DNA of 63,625 bases, counting the filler, from Nemertoderma westbladi (taxonomy: Eukaryota > Animalia > Xenacoelomorpha): assembly GCA_032718475.1 (NCBI GenBank). It is 3 parts of 3 records of this genome, joined end to end, with 100 filler letters (N's around TTAATTAATTAA, not from the genome) between each part and the next. Parts side by side here need not be neighbours in the genome. Positions count along the whole stretch, not along the records: positions 1 to 22,333 come from JAUCBJ010001609.1; positions 22,434 to 39,473 come from JAUCBJ010005641.1; 1 more part is not named here. The stretch is one strand, 5' to 3'. The notes below the pieces were generated by a model, which was not told the origin of the DNA, did no database searches, and worked only from the letters and a program-made list of their open reading frames with translations. This document shows, in pieces, positions 12,250 through 24,770 of this stretch (position 1 is its first letter; each line of letters opens with the position of its first letter). A program made the translations under genes and the position numbers.

Positions 12250-12830
12250 AAATTCTATAAAGTTGGGTAAGACTTACCCAACTATACCCCCAGCATGTCT
12301 TCAGGCATGAGCCCTCCTAACTACCTCCCGGTGGTGGAGGAATATAATCGGCCTAGGTTTGTCCACCAAGTTATACCAAGGCCCTGGTCCAGGCAGGCTA
12401 TGTGAAGAGGAATTAATTCCTGAGCAACTCCCAACTTACCGACTTACAGGTCGGCCAAAAAGGTTTTCACAAAAAAATAGTGTTCAGTCCAAACTTTAGA
12501 CCAGTGGGGCAGATAATTTTCCTTTGAGCACCGCGTGATAAATCACCGACACTCAAAGTGAAATAGCACCAAATATGCACACCACCCAACCCCAATCAGT
12601 CCTGTTAACTATCACATCAACGGATCCACTTGAGACACTTTGCTCTCATGAACGGTTACTCTTTACTCTAATAACTTCCAATCCACATATAGTTGGGTAA
12701 AATTTATAACTTTTACCGCAAGGGACGAGTTACACAGATTCACCCGCAAGTGAACCAGACTTACCAGCATACAGCTGTTACCCTCGAGTATCTGGTTCGT
12801 CTACAATACAACACAAACAAATAACAAATA
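12250..12830. mobile_element. Possible DIRS-like terminal/ICR remnant
   Basis: Hairpin AGTTGGGTAAG-A-CTTACCCAACT at 12261-12283, and AGTTGGGTAA recurs at 12691. Resembles DIRS-type terminal/ICR motifs, but no coding evidence. Confidence 0.3.
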
Positions 12831-12838
12831 ACATTTAA

Positions 12839-14240
12839 CCCTATTAAACACGGGGGGGGGGGGGATTCAATATGACTCCTCCCGTGGGTTTTTTGTTATA
12901 ACTCTGAAACAAACGCAGTGGGGGATCTGAAATTTTGTGACTTTTCTTAAAAATCTTTTATCTTCCTAATAGTGAAATCGGTTTTCAAAAATATTGGGAA
13001 GTTTTCGAGTTATAGCACAATTTTTTTAACCCCACTTTTGGCACTTTTTTTGAGGCGTTTTTTGAAAATTACATTTAATTAAATATGATTTGTAACATCT
13101 CTATTTTTGATTTGCACCGGTTTTTTGGTGATTGCAATTAGATGGAATTATTCTAAATAAATTTAGAAATTTCAAACTTGATTTTTCGGCTGGTGCCAAT
13201 TTTGGTGCCAGCACCAAATTTTGAAGTATGTCTATTTCGTAAATTGATTGTTTGAACTTTTTTTTTGCGCATAGGTGTTTTTGGGGTTGCACCAGGAGTA
13301 TCAAACTTGTATTTTGCGTCGCGGTGTGCAAAATTTGGTGCCAGCACGAGATTTTAAAATTCCATTCAATAGTTAAGTTGATTGTTACAACTTATTCCTC
13401 GCGTTTTGGAGGTTTATAGCGGTTCTGAATTCAATGAAATAAATAATTATCTAACTAGACATCTCAAACTTATATTGTTCGGAACTGGGTGGAAAAATAA
13501 TGTTTCCTTGTTTCTTGCGTTCAATTTCAAAATTTCAAAAGTTCAAAATTCAATGGAATATGTAAAAATTCCATTAGAGTTTTCAAACCTCTATTTTTCG
13601 CCGGTCGGTGAAAATTGTTGTGCCAGCACCAAATATTTGAAAATAAGCAAATTGATCTATAGATAGTATCACCTTGTTTCTTGCGTTATACCGGTTTATG
13701 CGGGTCCTGAATCCGATGGAATCAATAAAAACAGCACTGGACATCTCAAACTTGTACTTTTTGGTGATGGGTACGAAATTTGGTTCCCGCACCAAAATTT
13801 GCCATATTCCGCCGAAAAAAACAATTAGCAGAGATCTAGCAAATTAGAAATAGCATCGTATAAAAGAATTAAAAATGTTGTTTTCAAACTGAAAAGTGCT
13901 GGGTACTTGTTTTTTTTTCATTTTTTGCCTAAGTAGAGGACTAAAACAGCCATTTATGGTAATCAGATCATTTTTAAACAGTTTCCAATTGATTTTGCGC
14001 CCCAGAAAACTTGTATTGAAAAACAATTAGCCAAAAATTATAAATTTCAAATTTTATAAAAATTGTTCACTACTTGTTTGTAATTTTGGTGCAGCAAAAT
14101 AACCATCCCAATACTTTTTTTAGAAATTTTTTTTCGGTCGAATTAGAACTACTGTAGTAAGATCTACGTACAAACAAAATATCAGACGTTTTTGTTAAAA
14201 ATATGTAGATTTTAGAGGGAAGGGTCAATAAGACCACCCC
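12839..14240. mobile_element. piggyBac-like non-autonomous element, third and longest copy
   Basis: TTAA (12835-12838) followed by CCCTATTAAAC. Inner part of the opposite TIR (GGGTCAATAAGACC) at ~14222. Confidence 0.8.
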
Positions 14241-14744
14241 CCTCTCCCCCTACCATCCCACATACAGATAACCGTAGGGTGAGTGAGGGAGACTTGAACC
14301 CCAAAAGTTATAATCGCTCTAAAGAACAGATAAATGAATTTTTCAATGCCGTTTTAACTTTTTCACATTACATTTATGATTGCTATCATTATGTGAGAGT
14401 TTGAGAATTTCAACACTCTTAAACTTTTTTATTTATACCAATTATTCGTATTTACGAAAAAGCGTCAAGTCTCTCTCAATGGGGGGAGACTTGACACCCG
14501 GGTGGGAGACTTGAACCCCACCTCGCATTCTTGTAAATTCGTTCAAAAATGCAGAAGAAGTGTAATAATTACATGTTCAACATGTCTATTTTATAGTAGA
14601 GCAAAAAAATTCAAAAAATGCGATTGTTAAATTATTATCCAAAATTTGATACAAATTTAGGTGGTCGTTCACATGGTTCTCCCAGCAAGAACTGAATAAA
14701 TAATATTTCATTAAAATCGCATTAAAATTAAACGCGGTAAAATA

Positions 14745-15012
14745 CTTTTTATTAATGAATATCTTGTATAATTTTCAATCCAGGCATATATTGATTGTTT
14801 TCCTCTGCAATTCTATTGATGTGTGCCGCTTTCTGACGAAGTGGCTTCTTGTTTAACCTGTCAATCACCCAGTTGGCGGACTTTTTATTAATGAATATCT
14901 TTTATAATTTTCAATCCAGGCATATATTAATTGTTTTCCTGTAATTCTATTGATGTGTGCCGCTTTCTGACGAAGTGGCATCTTGTTTAACCTGTCAATC
15001 ACCCAGTTGGCG
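14745..15012. repeat. ~135-bp tandem duplication inside the MITE
   Basis: CTTTTTATTAATGAATATC...CACCCAGTTGGCGG occurs twice. Confidence 0.9.
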
Positions 15013-15182
15013 GGCTACTAACTACATTGCAAAGAGGGAAGGAAGAGTTGGTTGGCTTGGCTTGGCTGGGTTTATCAAGGCCTCTCTCTCTCTCTATCTC
15101 TCTCTGGCCACTCCATTGTATTCACATTCCATTGATACTGTAGCTTGGTCTGTGTAAGTGTCGATCAACTATGTAGTAGGAG

Positions 15183-16395
15183 GGATCTAGGACACTTCCC
15201 CCCCCCCCCGGACACTTCCCCCCGGACATCCCCCCCCCCGCCCAAGTAGGACACTTCCCCCCCGGACACTTCCCCCCCGGACACTTCCCACCCGGACACT
15301 TGCCCCCCGGACACTTCCCCCCCAGTTAAAGTGTTAAAATTAATCTGGGTGCATCAAAGCAATAAACAAAAGTTAAAGATGGTTACAGGACAAGTTGTAT
15401 CAAGACAAGTTTTTTCAAAATTATAAAAGAAACATTTTTATAGTCAAATTTTGTTTGTTTTTCTTTTAATTCCTTTAATTCTTTTAATTTCTTTTAATTG
15501 GGGGCTGCCGCCCCCAAACCCCCGCTTCTTTTGTTCGGGGCTACCGCCCCCAAACCCCCGCTTCTTTTCTTGGTGGCTGCCGCCCCCAAACCCCCGCTTC
15601 TTTTCTTGGGGGTTATCGCCCCCAGACCCCGGCATTTCCCTGAGTGCCCGTGGTGAAAGACTTAAGACCACTTTGAAATAATTAATTCATGTTTGTATCA
15701 TCAGATAATAAATTGACTAAGCCTAAAGTAGGAGCTCTATTGAATGTTAACCAATTTAATATATAAATTACTACAATATTATATAATTCAACAAAATCCT
15801 ATTAAAAATATTGCAAGTATCCCGGAAGTATAATTAATTTATCAATATGTAATGCTGAACATAGAATACAGGTCGACGCATGTCGAGTTTACCCTGGAGA
15901 GGTATAATTTTGATTGCAACAATAAGATTCATCCCCATCTGCTACAATTTGAAGAAGACTATTACATAATAATACCTATAATTAAAACAATTAATTATTA
16001 TAATTCTATAGTTAATAAAAACAGTATATCAATCGGGGGATGGAATTTATAGGTCATCTAATATAATTAATTGTTTAAAGATTAGCAAACAATACGATGT
16101 AATTGCATTGATAAAACCCATAAATAAAACTTGGATATAAAATGTAAAATCGGGATGCAAAAGATCACTTTCTGAGCTACGAAAGGAAAATTGGATACAA
16201 CTTATCTGGATACAAGCGGTCCGTTTACCTTACAAAATGAAAAATACGAATGTGCGAAGTTAAGATCAGTCAGGGGGGAAGTGTCCGCGGGGGGGAAGTG
16301 TCTGGGGGGGAAGTGTCCGGGGGGGGAAGTGTCCTACTTGAGCGGGGGGGAACTGTCCGGGGGGGAAGTGTCCGGGGGGGAAGTGTCCGAACACC
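15183..16395. mobile_element. Nested non-autonomous DNA transposon (MULE/Rehavkus-like), 8-bp TSD AGTAGGAG
   Basis: TSD at 15175-15182 and 16396-16403, GG...CC termini, inverted arrays of GGACACTTCCCCCCC units, internal ~36-bp GCTGCCGCCCCCAAACCCCCGCTTC repeats at 15499-15635. Confidence 0.85.
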
Positions 16396-16863
16396 AGTAG
16401 GAGTGTTCTTGTGTAATGGTTCTCTACGTGGGTGTATCTCTAGGTAGACGTCAGCCTTGAAGGCTTCAAGTCTCCCTCACACTCGGGCGTCATGTCTCCC
16501 CACATGGGCTTTTTTATATTAATTGATATAATTTCAAAACGGCTGAACCAAAACTGGAAAACAATATATGGCAGGATAGTGCAATAATTAGTCAAGACAT
16601 GTGAATTACAATTAACATACAGTAAAATAAGGATGCGAAATTTCATTCGTTGTAAAGGGCAAAAATTTACTTTTGAACCCAGAAAACGTTTATTGATACT
16701 AAAACAAAAAATAACCAAAAGGTAATAAAACATTGTTGCGCGGGTGTAGCCAACATGTATTTTACACATTTTTGTGTGGTATTGTTAAATAATTTACAAT
16801 AGTTTTTGAGTTATTAAAAAAAATCAAGTCTCCCCTAAAGTCAAGTCTCCCTCACTCACCCTA

Positions 16864-17800
16864 CATTGTTGCATCATAGCTGGAATCTTTATCATTGCGT
16901 TTAAGGCTTAGTTAATAGGGATATGTGTAATGTAAAAAATAATTACAATACATTCCTATCATTCTGTTAAAATACAGCTGCTTTTTTATTTTGTTCGTAT
17001 AACTGCAGTACTATGCCACCACAGCTACATACTGTAAATTTCAACAAACTGACTTGTGTAAGGAATACACTGCCACATTGCATTCGGGCGAGGCATTCTA
17101 TTGGACCAACAACAGGATGTTTAGTTTCAGAGACATTAAATTTAAATATAGTTAGTTACATGATGGATTTTTTTGGAAGTAATAATTCATTTTTGGATGC
17201 AAGAAGGATTGAACCCTTCCCTACATACACTAGATACTTTAAAGCTAACCCAGAAACTCATGAGATTGAGCTAGAATAGCGAATTCAAGGTAAACCAACC
17301 GTTTTAGCAACTGCTTTAAGATTGAAGGTGTTACATTGAATTCCTGGAATTTGTTTTGTCCAGATTTGCATTACCCTGCAGTGATTTTTTCCATTTCGCA
17401 CTTTAGCAAGTTGGTGCTAACTCGGCACCATTATTGTTGTATTACTTGTAAACAACAACACAAATAAAGAATTTATCGCAATAAACTCTATTCTGAATTT
17501 TGTAGATCATGAAATATTCAGATTCATATATATTTTCCAAATTAACTCAAGTCAAATTAACCAACCAACAGACGAAAAATCTACAGTACAAGATGAAGAA
17601 GATTCAAGATACAAGCACATTTATATAGTGTACAACTTAGGATAACAAAATAAAATGTTAAAAATTTCTGGCACCCAGTCATCAACTCTGCGCATTCAGC
17701 GCCGCCTTCCTCGAAGCCAACAGCAAGAATCCGTAATGAACTTTGTTTTTTACGCGATAGATTTGGAGAATATACTAGCAAATGTAATGTAACCATGATG
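16864..17800. repeat. Partial third copy of the duplicated segment (matches ~9839-10830)
   Basis: Colinear identity, followed at ~17800-18005 by a piggyBac-like MITE fragment matching ~8535-8730. Confidence 0.92.
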
Positions 17801-18073
17801 GCAAAAAAACCTGAAAATATGAATTTATACTGTAGCATCGTATAAGTGAATTAAAAATTTTGTGTTCAAACTGAAAAGTGCTTGTTACTTGTTTTTTTCT
17901 TTTTTTTTGCCTACATAGAGGACTAAAACGGCCATTTATAGTAATCAGATAATTTTTAAATATTTTCCAATGGATCTTGCGCCTCAGAAAACCTGAATTT
18001 GAAAACTAGCACAGTCAGTTATTATCCGACATGAGTAGAATATTCAGTTACGTTTGACAGTCTATTATTACCA

Positions 18074-21000
18074 ACGAACAATATACATATCATAGTCTAC
18101 AGAAACAACAAGTCTTTCATTAACAGTAGGAACCTTCCAAACCTGGCTGGCCGCGTAGTCGCGCACGCTCACGTTTACCGTTCGGCGCCCATCTACACAA
18201 CTCCGTTACCGTAACATTTTTTGTTCAGAAAATGAATTTCCTATTCGTTCTTGCTGTGACAGACCGATTCGATAATATTCGCACTACTGTAACGCTAGAC
18301 AACTAACTCATTTGGTTTTCTAAAATCGACAATAACTTATGATGGTGATGGTCAACAGTATCGAATGCGACACATAAATCTAATGTTATTAATAAAACTG
18401 CCGATCCATCATCGATGGTTCGCAAGGAATCATTGGATACGCGTAGTATTGATGTTTCGGCGCAGTAATACTTTCTATATGCACTCTGACTGTCTGATGC
18501 GGTTTGTAAAGAGAATTCAAATTAATGTAGTGGATTAGATGATTTGCCGCTACTTTTTCTTTTATTTTGGAAAGGAATACAAAATTGAATACCGGACGGA
18601 AGTTATTAAGAATCTCTACATTCAGCAACCTTTCTCTGAGTAGTGGATTAAGAATGTTGTTTTTGAAAAGTGAAGGTTCTGTTGCCATTGTGAAAGACCA
18701 TTTTATTATTATCACAAAGATTGGTAACCAAACTCCCATGCCGCATCTAAGCATCGATGATAGCAAAGGGTCATTGCAGCTACTGTAGTTTTACGTTTCG
18801 AATTATTCACTAATTTATACAGATGAATTGATTCATTGAACTTTTCAACTGAATATACCAGATGTAGATCACAATCGTTAACATTCAAATATGAATTAGT
18901 TTCTAGAACTTCACGAATTCCTGATACTTTACCATCAAAGAAATAAGCAAAGGAATCAGCCAACTCCATTTGGGATTAAGTATCAAACTGCGGTAACTTT
19001 TTATAGGTGACAGGAAAATAAATATGGGGGGCCATTGTATCGGTAAGTGCGGAGATGTGCCATGTAACGATCTATGGATGTTTGTATGTATGTGAACTAT
19101 TAATGTAACCGATATGGAACACTACACCCCCCCCCCCACCCCCCCCCCCCCCTCTCCCCCAACCATCCCACGCACAGATAACCGTACATTGTTGCATCAT
19201 AGCTGGAATCTTTATCATTGCGTTTAAGGCTATTATATTTAGTTAATACGGATATGTGTAATGTAAAATATAATTACAATACATTCCTATCATTCTGTTA
19301 AAATACAGCTGCTTTTTTATTTTGTTCGTATAACTGCAGTAAGGAAATACTGTAGTTTGACTTAATTGTAATGCATTCTATGCCACCACAGCTACATAAA
19401 TTACAACAAACTGACTTGTGTAAGGAATACACTGCCACGTTGCATTCGAACGAGGCATTATATTGGACCAACAACAGGATGTTTAGTTTCAGAGACATTA
19501 AAATCAAATACAGTTAGTTACAATGATGGATTCTGTGGAAGTAATAATTCATTTTTGGATGCAAGAAGGAATGAACCCTTCCCTACATACAGTAGATACT
19601 TTAAAGCTAACCCAGAAACTCATGAGATTGAGCTAGAATAGCGAATTCAAGGTAAACCGTTTTAGCAACTGCTTTAAGATTGAAGGTGGGACATTGAATT
19701 CCTGGAATTTGTTTTGTCACAGATTAGCATTACATTCCTTGCAGTGATTTTTTCAATTTCGCACTTTAGCAAGTTGGTGATAAGGCGGCACCATTATTGT
19801 TGAATTATTTGTAAACAACAACACAAATAAAGAATTTATCGCAATAAACTCTATTCTGAATTTTGTAGATCATGAAATATTCAGATTCATATTTATTTCC
19901 CAAATTAACTCAAGTCAAATTAACCAACCAACAGACGAAAAATGTACAGTACAAGATGAAGAAGATTCAAGATACAAGCACAATTATATAGTGTACAACT
20001 TAGGATAACAAAATAATATGTTAAAAATTTCTGGCACCCAGTCATCAACTCTGCACATTCAGCGCCGCCTTCCTCGAAGCCAACAGCAAGAATCCGTAAT
20101 GAACTTTGTTTTTTACGCGATAGATTTGGAGAACATACCCGTAAATGTAACCATGATGGTTGCATCCTCCGTCACCTTGAACCGAATGCACCCGCACCAT
20201 GTTTTCATCCTCGGGAAACTCTCAGACTGGCCGCTAGATGTATCCAAGTTCGGCCATGATCAAACGAAATAACAATGACGGTCAGTGACCGTCACTCTGG
20301 TCGCAACTTAGTAGTCGACTGTGGTGCAGATTACTCAGTCTACCCTGCCTCTGCCCACGACAAACTGCTCAACTCTTGTACTGAGTCTCCCATATAACCG
20401 CCAATGACACCATCATCCACACTTGGGGTACACGAAACATCCCTCCTCTCCTAGGTCGTCGATCATCCACCCACGAGTTTCGTCTCGCTGATGATGGCGG
20501 TTCTCAAAATTTTTATTTCCAAAAATTTTTCAAAACTGTACATTCTATACAATGCCAATGGAAAGCCAGACTTGGACAATGTTAGGCAGTGCCTTAGCCA
20601 TTGCTGCCTAACACTGTAGCGCTGTAGGCCTACCGAATACGATGGAACCATACCATTGATGGTATGGTACGGTAATTGATAGCGATCAAAGCAATTAATA
20701 TACAGTGAAACGATGGGTTTGCTGCACAGAGAATATTGTAACTCGCTCAATAAATTGGTCGGTAATAATTGATGTAATTTTCACAGTATAAACCCATTAT
20801 TTCCCCCGCAAATCCAATTATTTCTAATGTACAACACACAGCATGTAGGCTACAGTATGTTGCGCGCTGCTTTGTCGTTGCTTGTACAATTAACAATGTG
20901 AAAGGATGCATAATCCGGTATGTGCTATGGTCTCAAGATAAGATAAAATATTCTGCAGAAACTTTGATTATTCCTTAAAATCTAAGCTCCTCTCTCTTGG

Positions 21001-21816
21001 CTGTTACCTTATAAGGCAGGATTGAGACCGCCACAGTTCTCCCAATGGTGAACACACCATAACTATCCTAACCTTTCTTCACATATCCCCAACAGAAACC
21101 AGGAACCCATTGTACCTCTGGGTTATCGTGAACACCAATATCTGAAGAGTCTTGTTTATGGAAACAGCATTGCGAAATTTCTGCAGACTTTAGTCGAATT
21201 TTTACCTCTGCGTGCCGCCAAACGCTATTGTTGAAGAAGTTCAGTGGCTGTATCCACCCGAACACAATGACAGGTTTATTTTTTCGCGAGATCCTATTTG
21301 GTATACCCCTATGAATATTAGCCCGAAAAAATAAACAGATCAAGAGAAATTTTCAAAAATGTACAGCCTCATTTTTCAAGATTTTTATCGGTTAATACCC
21401 ATTTAAAAATGCGAAAAACAAAGTTGAATTTTTGTTATAATTAGTTAGTTATGGTTTAGCCTATTTAGTTTAAGGTCTATTTAGTTTTTTGGGCTGGATG
21501 GCTTAATTACAGGGGCCCTCCCAAGCACTGCAAAATCTCCTGAACCAGTTACCAACGGGAAATTTGAAAGAAAAATATGTCGCTTTTCTATAGCCGCAAA
21601 AATTATAGAAAGTTGGGTAAGATTTATATACCCCCAGCATGTCTTCAGGCGTGATCCCTCCTAACTACCTCCCGGCGGAGGAATATAATCGGCCAAGGTT
21701 TGTCCACCAAGTTATACCAAGGCCCTTGTCCAGGCAGGCTATGTGAAGAGGAATTAATTCCTGAGCAACTCCCAACTTACCGACTTACAGGTCGGCCTAA
21801 AAGGTTTTCACAAAAA
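18074..21816. repeat. Segmental duplication copy B (L2 fragment, Gypsy protease fragment, DIRS-like end)
   Basis: Near-identical to 8922-12475, with an extra ~190 bp of L2 sequence at ~18420-18605. Confidence 0.95.
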
Positions 21817-22333
21817 GGTTTTCACGCTTTGGACTTGATGTTTTCAATCCTTAAGAATTATAAAGATTAAAGATTCACAGATTTAACAAACTCATTAGTT
21901 GCTAGGGTAGTATTATTATTTGTAGTGCAATAATTCTAGAATATCGTTTATTTGAAAAAGATAGAGAGAGCTATCGAAAGCTAATAATAAAAAAATAAAG
22001 TTTTAGTGATTCAAAATCATCATATGAGTTGTCACTTTTTGAATTCTTAAAATATTATTATACTAAAACAACTTGATCTCACACCCTACAGTCATATTCC
22101 CTAACTTTCTTTACTTAATTTAAACTTATATATATATATATCCCTTATATATATAATATACTAGATGTATAACTTTTTTTGCGGTTCTTTGGCTTCAAAT
22201 ATACAATATATGTATAATGGCACCCTATGCTGCTCGCATTCTATATTGTGTTTAGAAAACCCACTTCCAGTTAAAATTACATTCCCATGATTTTTGGGTT
22301 AATGTACTGTACCTAACAGCGAAATACATTACC

Positions 22334-22433
22334 NNNNNNNNNNNNNNNNNNNNNNNNNNNNNNNNNNNNNNNNNNNNTTAATTAATTAANNNNNNNNNNN
22401 NNNNNNNNNNNNNNNNNNNNNNNNNNNNNNNNN
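22334..22433. other. Artificial scaffold/contig linker
   Basis: 44 N + TTAATTAATTAA (stops in all six frames) + 44 N = 100 nt. Confidence 0.97.
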
Positions 22434-24359
22434 ATGATAATATTATAAATACAATAACCTTACTTCGCCGTAGCTCGCCTCACAACTCATTAATGGTGCC
22501 CATATGCTAAGGCTTCACTCGCTTCATGGCTCGCCCCATTTTTTCAATGTTGGAAAGGAATGAAGGGGACGTCGGGTGATGGTGGTAGTGGTAATGATGT
22601 TGTGGATGAGGAAGAACTCACTTCACGGCTCGCCCCCATAAGTCTGTGTTTATTTACCTTTTTTAGTTGTTGCGTCATAACCTTACTTCGGCGCTATCAC
22701 TCACACTTCGACGCTATCACTCACTTCATGGCTCGCCCCATAGGTAGAATAATCAAATCATGTTAAAGACTTTTATAATAACAAACGTCTGCAACCCACT
22801 TACTATATTGGGTTTTACCTATTGCGGTTCAAGGTCAAACGCCGACCGGTAGACACGAATTAATTAAATTACTTCCGCCTGCAAACTGGTCTTATACCGC
22901 GTATGTCACATATATACACAGCTGTGACATATGTTACATATGCACAATGGTAACCATGGTAACCATAGTAAGTGGGTGGGGCAACAATAGTAATCATAGT
23001 AAGTAGGCGGGGCAAGAGCCGTTCGGCAAATTCTTTAACATGGTAGACTATGGCAGACGCTGTCTCAATCACGTTGTTTAGCATACTACTAGGGTACTAA
23101 AAACAACATAATTGACCGGATAGTTTCGGAACCTTTCGTGTGACAAACAGACACGATTTTCTTACAGTAAGTAAATCTGAAGATTTACAAATTATTATTA
23201 TTTTCTTATAATTTTTCTTTTCAGGGTTAAGAATAAGATAATAGTCCTTAGTATAATTTTGAATGAAAAGAACGTAATTTTAGTTTATTAAATATTTATT
23301 ATTATTTATAATTTAAACACAGCGCTGTAACAATCGGTATTAATTTTTTTTAAATAAATTGATAATGCTTCCAAATCAGGTATTAAATTGTATTATAGGT
23401 ATAAATAATTAACAATTTCATTAAATGATTCCTTAAATTATTACTAATTGAACCTCTACTAAAAATTCGGCTTTAATTGGCGGAAAATAGAAAAATGATC
23501 AAACTCGGAATTTAAATTACTTTGTTTTAAGAAAGGGAAATCCCCGAGGTTTTTATGTGCCTAAAAAGTTATACTCGTAAGGGAAACCTAATTCAAAACC
23601 ATCGCGCAATATTTACAACCAGATAAAATTCCATGGAAATTATCAGATTGTAAACTGTGAAGCAAATAAAACGAAACAGAACAACCGTGAGAGAGAGGGG
23701 AGGGGGGGGGGGGGGGGGGGGTCAGCAGGTGCGGTAGGTTGGTAGTGCCAAACTGTAAGCGTCCACCCACCTACTAACTGCGAGAAATAGGAAACATGCA
23801 ACCCCGTCGCCTCTTAACCTTTTAGCTACACTATATTAATTCAAATATTGAATAAGCAGAGAAAAGGCAGGAGGAGGTTGGATGTGAATAGATTCATTGT
23901 GTGTATTGTAGTTCAATAAATGCGAAATGTTATAAACCGTTGTGTTGGAGGGAATGAGAGACAAAGAACCGAGACGCCCACGGGGCTGATAGCAGGTTGA
24001 GTAACTAAAAGCTCAGATACTAATTGTATCAATATTACCTGCGGTTGTCTGTTTGCTTTCTACGGAGATCAAAGCGATCGAGACAATCCCACATAAGGAA
24101 AGGGCTTCCTCTCGCGTATAAGACATAGGATTAAAGCGATCTATATGGGTGATTTAGGCTTTAAAAAGATGCCTTAAAATGATAGATATTTGTTTAATCA
24201 ACAATATAACTCGCCCCACGTGTCGGGACAGTTACAATGGAAAAAAATCACTCCTTATTTCCCGGGTAGGTGTAAACCTGTGACAATCTGCTGACAAACC
24301 TGCTCAAAATGTGTCAAACATACTTTATGGCCACTTCCAATGGGTAACACATTACATCA

Positions 24360-24770
24360 ATTCGACGCCTGACACACTTCCTACCCCACCTCCTCTCAAA
24401 GCGTGACACACATTGTCCCCCCTCAACGCGTGACAGGTTTTACCCCCATACTCAACCTGTGACACACTTTTTCCTCTCAACGCGTGTTATTTTTTCCCAC
24501 AACCTCCACTCATGACACATTTTTCTCCCCTAAATGCGTGACAATTTTTACCCCCATCCCCAACGCGTGACACCCTTTATCTCCCTTCAATGTGTGACAC
24601 ACTTTATCTCCCCTCAACGCGTGACACACTTTATCTCCCCTCAATACGTGTACACTTTCAGCCCTTGTACTCATAGCGTGACACACACCATCATCATTCA
24701 ACGCGTGGGACATATCGTCTCCATTCGACGCGTGACATATTTTCTGCCCACCATCAACGCGTGACACACC
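24360..24770. repeat. Degenerate minisatellite (~30-35 bp) with an ACGCGTGACAC core
   Basis: Repeated CCCCTCAACGCGTGACACACTTTAT variants; explains ORFs 24510/24534. Confidence 0.85.

Larger units (their letters stand above)
8922..12475. repeat. Segmental duplication copy A (copy B at 18074-21816; partial copy C at 14241-14276 plus 16864-17800)
   Basis: Colinear near-identity read line by line; the duplicated ORFs appear in the ORF track (10044/17013, 10590/17581/19920, 11725/21068). Confidence 0.95.
14277..16861. mobile_element. Tc1/mariner-pogo-like MITE with TA TSD
   Basis: TIR GGGTGAGTGAGGGAGACTTGA at both ends, TA at 14275-6 and 16862-3. The empty site CCG-TA-CATTG is present in the paralogs at ~9835 and ~19182. 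Confidence 0.93.

Noticed and set aside
12290-12310. Hammerhead ribozyme/Penelope LTR (CTGAAGA on the minus strand)
   Set aside because: No correctly placed stem II and GAAA.
15444-16447. Repetitive ORFs (KKRGFGGGS, GGEVS)
   Set aside because: Translations of transposon tandem repeats.
22761-23144. Solo LTR (TG...CA)
   Set aside because: No matching TSD and no second copy in the window.
23531-23990. RNase MRP-like motifs GGGAAATCCCCG and CACGGGGCTGA
   Set aside because: The P4 5' strand lacks the conserved G of GAAAGTCCCC, the spacing is ~450 nt, and a poly-G tract intervenes; probably coincidence (an Infernal search would settle it).
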